From NCBI GenBank assembly GCA_040753015.1, contig JBFMHM010000002.1:102111-166110 (forward strand): DNA of 64,000 nucleotides, read 5' to 3'. The DNA comes from Candidatus Omnitrophota bacterium (GTDB lineage Bacteria; Omnitrophota; Gorgyraeia; Gygaellales; JBFMHM01). Shown here piece after piece: positions 56,601-64,000 of the stretch. The notes below the pieces were generated by a model. It was not told the DNA's origin. It saw only the letters and a program-made list of their open reading frames with translations, and did not search any database. The translations under genes were made by a program, and so were the position numbers. Position 1 is the stretch's first letter, and every line of letters begins with the position of its first letter.

Positions 56601-59421
56601 GATGGCCGATTAAAATAATATTATTATTACTTGTATTTTTAATTTCATCTAATCTATCTACAAAACCTTGATCTGGCCTTTGGTGTAAACTTAAACTTTG
56701 CGAAGAGCCTTCGAATGTTTCTATCTTGGAAAGATAAGCCATCAAGTTTTCTTCAGTTTCTCCTTCTCTGCCATCGTCTGGATATATAGGAGAATAAAAA
56801 TTACCGCCTACTAGAGGCGCGCCAATCATTGCTGCCATAGCAGCAAAAACATCATCGCCAGAAGAGGCATCACCAAAAAACTTAAAATAAAACCAGCGAA
56901 ATAAATATGCGGCCGGAATTAATAATAAAGGTAACAATAAAGATTTTAATATTGTGGTTTTTGCAGGGCCACTGCCTGGCCTTGGCGATTTTGGACCTTG
57001 ATCATCAGTCTCTGTTTCTGCTGCTTTTTTACGCAATGCGTCCCGTTGTTCTCTAGCGTCTGCGCTATAATCATGATGATGATCAGCATGAACAGTTCCA
57101 TCAGCGTGGCGATGCTGGCCTTCAGGAACACCGTGATGATGTGGATGTCTTGCGCCACTAACGTTACCATCGTGATCGCGGTGAATATGCTTTACAAGCA
57201 TCCTGTTATGTATTCTACCTATCCTAGCCTCTACTTCATTTCTCTTGCCAGCCTTAATTCTAGGCACTCTCGTGCTATAGCCATAACGGGTTTTTTCTAT
57301 TAAGCCTTTTTTAGAAAGTGCACGTTTAATAATTTCCTTTGCTTTATCTTTATCGTTCTCGTCTAACTTTCCTTCACCAATTGCCTGCTCTGCAATTTCA
57401 TCAGCCAACCTCTCAATTACTTCCGGATTATTTGTTCCGTTCTTTCGTAATTTACCATCATTTAAAATATTTAAAAGTCCTCTTGTAATCCAAGTGCGGA
57501 AATTATGCTCCATCGTAAGATCGCTGATATCACTATCTTTATCAGCTTCTTCAACTGACGTATTAATTTCATCTAAGATTTCATTTAACAGTTCCTCATC
57601 GCCTTTATCATCATCTTCATCTTTATCATCTTCATCTTCATAATCATCGCTATTTTTACGGCTATCTTCTATTTGTGCCAACCGCCACATCGGACCACAA
57701 CTCGCTCCTATTGAACCCTCGCTAACATCTACATCTGTATCTTCAGCGATTTTGTTGCCCCTTTTTTGCTCCTCTACTACTCTATTATGCGCTTGTATCC
57801 AATTTAAACCTTGTTTGCGATAATATATTTCGCGTTGTTCGTGCAACAAAACATCAGTATCTAAGGTACTTTGAAAACCAACTATACGCCAAACATTATC
57901 TGTACCTTTAAAATTAATTGCCTGTACGCCATCATCTAAGTTAATTGCCCATCTTTTGAGCACATCAATAATTCTTTGCGCGTCTTGATCCCTAACATTA
58001 TCATTAATCGCAATAATTCGGTTTCCCACATCATCTGTATTAGTTTTAACTGCCCCCAGCTTATCAAGCTGTGTAATACAATATTCAACAATCTCTCGAT
58101 TACTAGCGTTTTGTGATAATTCAGGAACTTTCTTACTTCTTGCCAAAACTCTTAGAATTCTTAAAAGATTTTTTAGATTCTTTACATCAGATACTTCTGC
58201 GCCAATATCTTCTGGTTGCCCAATGCTTACCGTAATTGTAACTGGCACCCTGCCTGCCTCTCCCGCTGTTGCTAGCTGTGTAGGAATTTCTCCTGTTGGC
58301 GCAAAAAGTACACCGCCTGAGGCATAGGTGCGGCGGATTTTATGATTTATCGTAGGGGCGAAACCATGTTTTCGCCCATTAATTATAGGGCGATTACGCG
58401 GAATCGCCCCTACAACATCAACCAATTTGTATTCGCCTTTTGTTGAGTTTAGATAAGATTTGTAGATTTGTTCTGGTTTAAACTTAAGGTTGTTGGTTTT
58501 TTGGTAGGTTTTTATGAATTGCTCTAACTTTTCGCTTTTCGCTTTACTCTTTACGCTTTTTTTGTACCATTGTGCAAAAATGAGTGCTTGATATATTTGT
58601 CTAAGTGGTTCATAGGCTTTGTCTTGGTTTACTCGTTGAGTTAGTTCTGGGAGTATTAGTTGTTTTAGATGAGATTCACAATATTCCTGTAGTTCCTCAG
58701 TTCGTCTGTTCTTCAGTTCGTCAGTTCGTTTGTCATTGGAAATTGGGATTTGGGATTTCTCAAGGTATTCGCTTTCTAGAAGCACCTTGAGCGTTGCTTT
58801 AACTATTGTTATTGAGCTATCTGTCTCATAGACCCTTGCCTCATCTGGCACTATCCAGACACGAAAGGTAGTTGGTACTTTGTAGTTAGTAGTTTGGTTT
58901 TGTTGTTTTGGTCCTAATTTTAAATTTTGAGTTATAGTTTTACCTTTTTCGTTTTGAGTTTTTACTTCCAAAGTTTTGGCTTTAGTAAATACTTTATCCC
59001 AATAGGTTTTAGCATTTTTACCATAACCGGGTAATAATTCAAAGGCTGTGTCTTTCTTAAGCTTTAAATCTAATACTAAGAGCGCTTTACCTAAATCAGT
59101 ATCAGCTATTGTATTGCCGATGATTCTACTTGGGTCATTAGGGTTTAGATTAACCCAAAGATCTTTGTAGTCTATAGATAGGCTAGTAAAGAAATAATCT
59201 AGAAGTTCTTTGGTTTTAAGCTTCTTTTGTTGTTCTGAGAGGTTGCGAGGAAGAAAGTTGAAATTAAAATTAAAACCTGAATTTAGACTAAGCGAAACAA
59301 ACGAGGCGTTTGGGTCATGCACTTTTAGGCTAACAACTTGGCCAAAGCTAATACTCTGGCAAAGAAAGGTAAATGCCAAAAATAGACAAAAAATCCTCTT
59401 TATATGGTTTACTTTAATCAT
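44696..59421 (-). CDS. giant multidomain protein, about 4,900 aa as a single reading frame interrupted by one frameshift near 55.49-55.50 kb
   Basis: ORF 55483..59421 ends ...FMLAGPTGVEKPSL* and ORF 44696..55450 starts MGRIDMAE.. LMGAPQGYVGYD. Restoring one G (GTAGGAAAAACC) gives the contiguous ClpB-D2 sequence [30 protein letters not shown]. The domain content is listed in the findings. Confidence 0.7.
45923..46052. repeat. intragenic direct repeat of ~130 bp, near-identical (3 mismatches) to 47591..47720, with a diverged third copy at ~46845..46975
   Basis: I aligned the two copies by eye (agcttctaagataatcttgcttggcttgattaaattcatctattttttgttctaaagttttacttgaatcgtttaaaat...ccgcccagccttctg.cgaaacggctgtag). 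Each encodes SPEGWAETLQQLT.ILNDSSKTLEQKIDEFNQAKQDYLRSSP. Confidence 0.8.
46340..46760 (-). repeat. pentapeptide-repeat coding block (15-nt periodic tandem units, A(D/N)LxG-type)
   Basis: The protein reads NLRNADISGVNLSGAVLSYAGLRGADLRGAILPYADLCGAILPYADLRNADLSGADLRGAVLSYADFRGADFTGADLTNANLSNADLCG. Two further blocks lie at ~45430..45860 and ~47270..47520. Confidence 0.8.
55493..55503 (-). other. single-nucleotide frameshift site inside the Walker A codons (observed GTAGAAAAACC; GTAGGAAAAACC needed for GPTGVGKT)
   Basis: The downstream frame is open through the site and encodes ...[29 protein letters not shown]. The upstream frame terminates 3 codons later. Confidence 0.7.
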
Positions 59422-59494
59422 TCTAAATTTTTGAAAAAGTGGACAAAAAAATTTTCTTGTTTCTTTGCATTGGGTTTTTCTTAAATCTTAACTC

Positions 59495-59514
59495 CCTGCC
59501 TGCCGGCAGGCAGG
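59495..59514. promoter_or_regulatory. perfect 20-bp GC-rich palindrome (CCTGCCTGCC|GGCAGGCAGG) in the AT-rich hflX-to-giant-gene intergenic region
   Basis: I read it directly in the sequence. It is not followed by a T-run on the minus strand, so it is not an obvious hflX terminator. It lies about 75 nt upstream of the giant gene ATG. Confidence 0.3.
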
Positions 59515-59591
59515 TTATCTCTGCTTTTTAGGGGGGATATTTTAACAGAATAAATATACCATATAAAGTGTAAAAAAGCCAGTTTTTTTGA

Positions 59592-60863
59592 TTATTTTTT
59601 TTCTGTATCAATAACCCTTACCTGTGAAGATATTTTATCAAATAATACAACTGGCAAAACTAAATTAATAATTATTTCTTTATCGGTATATAGAATATTT
59701 TTTATATTAGCTTTTTCATGCAATAAATTAACAATATTCATTTTATCTAACCCTAAAGCAAGCGTTAATGCAAGTGTCTTTGATAAAAGAAATCCTTCGA
59801 TTGTTGCAAATAATTTATCAAAATTCAACTTGCTAAGTGCAGAAATTTCAATTGAATTTGGAAACGAATTTTTTAAAGTTTTAAGCCAAGCTAAATCATC
59901 TACTCGATCTATTTTATTTAAAACAGTAATAATTGGTTTTTCGTTAGCGCCAAGTTCTTTTAAAACAATTTCGACTGATTTTGCCCGTTCGTTAAAAGTT
60001 TCAGAGCTAATGTCTAGAACATGTAATAATAAATCTGCTTGCCGAACTTCTTCAAGCGTAGCCTTAAATGCTTCTACTAAATGATGCGGCAGACGATGTA
60101 AAAAACCAACTGTATCAAACAAAACTACTTCTTGATGATTTGGCAAAATCAATGTACGCGATACTGAATCAAGTGTAGTAAATAGGCTATTGCGAGAAAG
60201 TTCTTCTGACCCGGTTAAGGCATTCAAAAGCGTGGTTTTACCAGCATTCGTATAACCTACTAAACCAATTAACGGTACACCAGTTTGTTTTCGTTTTTCA
60301 CGAAGCCGTGCTCGATGCATCGAAACATCATCTAAATCTTTTTTTAATTTCGCTATTCGCTCGCTAATTCTTCTGCGGTCAATCTCAAGCTTCTGTTCGC
60401 CCGGGCCTCGCGTACCGATGCCACCGCCTAAACGCGATAATTCTATGCCCTTACCAGAAAGCCGCGGCAATAAATATTGTTTCTGTGCAAGCTCAACTTG
60501 TAATTTTCCTTCAAGCGTTTTAGCATGCTTTGCAAAAATATCTAAAATTAATTGCGTGTGGTCAATAATTCTTTTATTAATTATTTCCTCAAGGTTTCTT
60601 TGATGCGTGGGCGATAAATCATGATTAAAAATAACTGTATCAATATTTTTTTCTTGGCAAATTAAACGAATCTCTTCTGCCTTACCTTTACCAATATAAC
60701 AGTTTGGTGCTGGCTCATCGCGCTTAACTAAAATTTCATCAACAACCTCTGCACCAGCAGTTTTTGTCAAATCTCTTAACTCTTGGCTAATATCTTCTAT
60801 TGACCAAAAATCTTTTTGGTGCTCATGTGCAAATTTTACAGTTACAAGTAAGACGCGCTCCAC
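59592..60863 (-). CDS. hflX: GTPase HflX
   Basis: It has the HflX N-terminal domain and the G domain (GYTNAGKTTLLN, DTVGF, NKID). Confidence 0.9.
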   Translation of the reverse strand: MERVLLVTVKFAHEHQKDFWSIEDISQELRDLTKTAGAEVVDEILVKRDEPAPNCYIGKGKAEEIRLICQEKNIDTVIFNHDLSPTHQRNLEEIINKRIIDHTQLILDIFAKHAKTLEGKLQVELAQKQYLLPRLSGKGIELSRLGGGIGTRGPGEQKLEIDRRRISERIAKLKKDLDDVSMHRARLREKRKQTGVPLIGLVGYTNAGKTTLLNALTGSEELSRNSLFTTLDSVSRTLILPNHQEVVLFDTVGFLHRLPHHLVEAFKATLEEVRQADLLLHVLDISSETFNERAKSVEIVLKELGANEKPIITVLNKIDRVDDLAWLKTLKNSFPNSIEISALSKLNFDKLFATIEGFLLSKTLALTLALGLDKMNIVNLLHEKANIKNILYTDKEIIINLVLPVVLFDKISSQVRVIDTEKK

Positions 60864-61711
60864 TCAATCCTCTTATCTTTATTAAACCAGGTCATTTGAC
60901 GCTTGGCATAACGACGGGTATTTTTAGCCATTTCTTCTTTTGCCTGTTCTAAAGTAATTTTTCCGTCTAAATAATCCTTTATTTCTCTAATACCTATTGC
61001 AAACTGTGCGGTTTTGCTGAGTTTTAATTTCAAAAGTTTTTTAACTTCTTTGACTAACCCTTGCTTAATCATTTTATTTACTCTTTTGTTAATTTTATTA
61101 TAAAGCTCTTCCCTGTTTAAATTTAATCCAAAAATCTTGATATCATATTTACCCCAAATCCCGGAACGCTTTTCTTTGAGCTCTGAAAATTTTTTATCTT
61201 GCGAAAGACAGACTTCAAGGGCACGCACAATACGCCTTAGATCATTAGGATGTATTTTTTCTGCTGCTTCCGGATCCAATTTCGCAAGCTTATCATAAAG
61301 TTTTTGACTGCCAAACTTTTCTGCTTCTTTGTATAGCCTTGCCCTAATCTCTGGGTTTTCTTTTACGCCTTCAAATATTCCATCAAGCATGATAGTCATA
61401 TAAAGCCCTGTGCCGCCAACGAATATAGGCGTTTTATTCTTTTTAAGAATTTTCTCAATTAATGCAAGGGCTTTCTTGCGGTATTCGGCAACACTAAATT
61501 CTTTTGTTGGACTTATTTGGCCAATCAAATGATGTTTAACTTTTTTTAAATATTCTTTTTTGGGATATGCTGCAACAATATTCATTCCTTTATAAATCTG
61601 CATTGAGTCAAGTGAAATAATTTCTCCAGATATTTTTTTTGCAAGTTTATAGGCAAGTTCTGATTTGCCGCTTGCAGTCGGACCAACAAGAAAAATAATA
61701 TCTGATTTCAT
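60842..61711 (-). CDS. miaA: tRNA dimethylallyltransferase
   Basis: The P-loop is GPTASGKSELA. It overlaps hflX by 22 nt with no hfq between them. Confidence 0.9.
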   Translation of the reverse strand: MKSDIIFLVGPTASGKSELAYKLAKKISGEIISLDSMQIYKGMNIVAAYPKKEYLKKVKHHLIGQISPTKEFSVAEYRKKALALIEKILKKNKTPIFVGGTGLYMTIMLDGIFEGVKENPEIRARLYKEAEKFGSQKLYDKLAKLDPEAAEKIHPNDLRRIVRALEVCLSQDKKFSELKEKRSGIWGKYDIKIFGLNLNREELYNKINKRVNKMIKQGLVKEVKKLLKLKLSKTAQFAIGIREIKDYLDGKITLEQAKEEMAKNTRRYAKRQMTWFNKDKRIEWSASYL

Positions 61712-63546
61712 TTTCTTAGCAATTCTAACTCTTTTTTAATAATCTCTTGTTTTAGGCGATCAGAAGCATTAAGTTTAGTCAATCCAATCGTGAATACATT
61801 TTTTGCTTCTTCTTTTTTATCAAGCCCTTTATAAGCAAGGCCTAATTGATAATATGCTAACTTATTTTCTGGATCAAGCGATAATGTTTTTTGAAACATA
61901 ACCACAGCATCCTTAAATCTAAACTGCTCGTTATAAATAAAACCTAAACTATAATATGCCTCGGAAGCTAAAGGATTTATTTCTATTAATCTTAACCAAT
62001 ATTTATTAGCTTCCTTGAGATTACGTAAATAAAAACTTAGCTCGCCCGCAAGAAATAATGCCCTTTGATTATCTGGCCTTATCATTAAGGCCTTCCTTAA
62101 TTCTATAAAAGCATTATAATATTGTCCATCATTATAAAGCCGGGAAGCTATAAACATATATGATTCGAAATCGTCTGATTGAATTAATGATTTTTTATAC
62201 CAAGAACTATCACAGAATAATAACCCATAAGCTAACAACAATAAACAAGTAAAAACAATAAAATATTTTTTCTTTTTTATAACATAAATCCAATTAGTTA
62301 GCCCATAAGATGCAAATATAATAAATATAGGGGTAATAATAATACGGTATCTGGAAGTTATGAAAAAAATAGTTATACTTATAGCAATGCTGACTAAAAA
62401 TATATACAACAAAGCTAATTTTTTAAAATTTTTTATACCAAACAATACTCCCGTTATTATGAATGGGAAAATAAAAATAAGATTACTTGGCAAATACTTT
62501 AATATATCCACATTTTCTCTAAGTATATAAAATTCAACTTCATTGGTATATTCATATGGGCTAAAAACTAAACCCAGTTTTTTTATTATAAGTAATAAAT
62601 GCCTAAATGGCTCTCTGCATATAGAAACGATTCCCCGTTTAAACCAATAAAATGAGACCTCTGATGTTTTAAGCTGCCTGCCAACGTTATACGATGCAAT
62701 AATCCTGGCATTTCTAAAAATACCCTCTTGACTAGCACTAAATTCATCGGGACAATAGAATATTCCATTAGCATTATGATTATTACCTATATAAAAATTA
62801 ATTCCGGCGTTACCCTGTATTAGGACGAAGTCTTTTTCAACTAAATAATTATGTATGACTGTTAAACTAATAATAAATAAAGCACCAATTATAAAAGATA
62901 TAAATCTAAAAATTATGATATGTAATTTATTTTTATTAATAATTAATAACCACAAACAAGCACAACTAGCAAAAATAATAATATTTCCCTGTAAAATAGT
63001 AGCTATCCCAGAAAGAACTCCTATCCAAAATAATTTTAATCCATTTAAATCATCTTTTGTCTTTATAAAAATAAATAAAATTATAAGGTTTAATAAAATT
63101 GATATGGTCGTGTAAACGGCTAGGCTTTCAAAGAAAATGAATAAACCATAAGTGGCAGTTAATAAACCAGCAAGAAAAGAGGCTTCTTTATTAAAAAACT
63201 CTTTTGAGATAAAATAAACTAAAACACTACTTAACACCCCAATAATAAACTGTAAATAATATACCACAGATAGTTTTATACCAGATATTTTAAATATACC
63301 TGCTAAAATATACGGGTATAAAGGCCACTTCATAAATGCCTTATGGTTCAAAAAATCACCATAAACAATATCTTTTGCCCAGCGAAAAAATTCCTGGCTA
63401 TCCGAATTCAAGGCAAATGGAAAAATAGATGTAGTTAAGTAATCTTGCATATAAAGAAGCCTTATAATTATCGCTGTTAATATAATAATTGAGAGGTATA
63501 TCAAATCTTTATATTTATTATAAAAGGCGGGCTTTGATGTGATCAT
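61708..63546 (-). CDS. ArnT/PMT-family (GT-C) membrane glycosyltransferase with C-terminal TPR repeats
   Basis: About 11 TM helices with a conserved early loop are followed by ~150 aa of TPR-like repeats (AYYSLGFIYNEQFRFKDAVVMFQKTLSLDPEN...). Confidence 0.55.
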   Translation of the reverse strand: MITSKPAFYNKYKDLIYLSIIILTAIIIRLLYMQDYLTTSIFPFALNSDSQEFFRWAKDIVYGDFLNHKAFMKWPLYPYILAGIFKISGIKLSVVYYLQFIIGVLSSVLVYFISKEFFNKEASFLAGLLTATYGLFIFFESLAVYTTISILLNLIILFIFIKTKDDLNGLKLFWIGVLSGIATILQGNIIIFASCACLWLLIINKNKLHIIIFRFISFIIGALFIISLTVIHNYLVEKDFVLIQGNAGINFYIGNNHNANGIFYCPDEFSASQEGIFRNARIIASYNVGRQLKTSEVSFYWFKRGIVSICREPFRHLLLIIKKLGLVFSPYEYTNEVEFYILRENVDILKYLPSNLIFIFPFIITGVLFGIKNFKKLALLYIFLVSIAISITIFFITSRYRIIITPIFIIFASYGLTNWIYVIKKKKYFIVFTCLLLLAYGLLFCDSSWYKKSLIQSDDFESYMFIASRLYNDGQYYNAFIELRKALMIRPDNQRALFLAGELSFYLRNLKEANKYWLRLIEINPLASEAYYSLGFIYNEQFRFKDAVVMFQKTLSLDPENKLAYYQLGLAYKGLDKKEEAKNVFTIGLTKLNASDRLKQEIIKKELELLRK

Positions 63547-63561
63547 AAAAATATAAATAAT

Positions 63562-64000
63562 TTATTTTTTCTTAGAAATTTCTCTTTGAAGATCCAAAAT
63601 CAACCCATGACGGCGTTCTTTTTCTTGCTTTGGCACATCATCAACAAAATTCAATGCTTTTGTGTGTGGGCGTGGTGAATATTTAAAAATATAGGCCTTA
63701 TTAAACTTGACTTTTTTTACTAAATCATAAGTTTCTTTGAAATCTTCTTCTGTTTCTCCGGGAAAACCAACAATTATATCTGTAGATATAACTCCGCCCT
63801 TAACAATATCGCGATATTTTTTAACTAAACCTAAATAATGCTCTTTTGTATAACCTCGATTCATTGATTTTAGAATCCTATTAGACCCTGATTGAACCGG
63901 TAAATGCAAATGCTTTATTAATTTATCACATTCAGCCATTGTTTTAAATAAAGCATAAATTGCATCCTTAGGGTGGCTAGTCATAAAATCAAACTGTTTT
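63562..64000 (-). CDS. miaB: C-terminal part of a MiaB-like tRNA methylthiotransferase (5' end outside the window)
   Basis: It carries LHLPVQSGSNRILKSMNRGYT and a TRAM-like C-terminus. It is adjacent to miaA. Confidence 0.7.
   Translation of the reverse strand, partial: KQFDFMTSHPKDAIYALFKTMAECDKLIKHLHLPVQSGSNRILKSMNRGYTKEHYLGLVKKYRDIVKGGVISTDIIVGFPGETEEDFKETYDLVKKVKFNKAYIFKYSPRPHTKALNFVDDVPKQEKERRHGLILDLQREISKKK

Noticed and set aside
44696-59421. Treating 44696..55450 and 55483..59421 as two separate genes
   Set aside because: The junction falls inside a single ClpB-D2 P-loop/helix ([30 protein letters not shown]) that is perfectly contiguous after a 1-nt correction. The downstream frame is open through the junction.
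59495-59514. The GC palindrome as a rho-independent terminator for hflX
   Set aside because: It has no loop, being a perfect 10+10 palindrome. On the minus (coding) strand it is followed by GGGAGTTAAGATTT, not a U-tract. The T-run lies on the non-coding plus strand.
2964-63115. About 50 plus-strand ORFs of 60-180 aa in the track (for example 2964..3308, 3900..4358, 5586..5939, 31424..31975, 47670..48110, 48623..49069, 51114..51632)
   Set aside because: Every one lies entirely antisense within a well-supported minus-strand gene. Their translations are low-complexity and typical of shadow ORFs in AT-rich DNA. None has an RBS or recognisable domain.

Overview
This is an AT-rich (about 30-35% GC) bacterial chromosomal segment in which every recognisable gene, about 60 in total, is coded on the minus strand with almost no intergenic space. 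I see no rRNA, tRNA or CRISPR array.

Reading the minus strand from high to low coordinates, the window contains:
- the 3' end of a MiaB-like methylthiotransferase, a TPR-tailed ArnT/PMT-type glycosyltransferase, miaA and hflX (no hfq between them);
- a single giant gene of about 14.7 kb (44696..59421, about 4,900 aa once one missing nucleotide in a Walker A motif is restored). It is clearly more GC-rich than its surroundings. It encodes an N-terminal signal anchor, a His-rich stretch, ClpB/ClpA-type AAA+ modules (a degenerate D1 and two D2-like modules), HEAT/TPR-like helical repeats, three tandem modules each carrying a pentapeptide-repeat beta-helix, and a C-terminal membrane HExxHxxxAxxxG (site-2-protease/M50-like) motif;
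- a BrnT/BrnA-like toxin-antitoxin pair;
- split coaC/coaB;
- mreBCD-mrdA-rodA and a radical-SAM gene;
- a large type IV pilus locus carrying several c-di-GMP-related proteins: a degenerate HAMP-GGDEF protein, a standalone MshEN/PilB-N-terminal domain protein, two tandem PilB-type ATPases, a pseudo-receiver HD-GYP protein, pilC, two pilin genes with consensus promoters and a terminator, minor pilins, a PilX_N giant protein and pilMNOPQ;
- a DUF2344 mini-protein with rng, then rplU, obg, proBA, nadD, rpe, a phosphohexomutase, plsC, ispH, rpsA, tyrS and rluA;
- an operon that links a small lipoprotein and a secreted thermonuclease to an RsbW/RsbV-type partner-switching pair placed directly in front of mlaEFD, followed by a FecR-domain protein, an outer-membrane barrel and a CHASE2-PP2C phosphatase.

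The most novel items are the giant composite AAA+/pentapeptide/M50-like gene and its frameshift, the c-di-GMP-loaded pilus locus, and the partner-switching module embedded in the Mla operon. All functional calls rest on motif recognition by eye in the supplied translations; I could not run HMM or BLAST searches.
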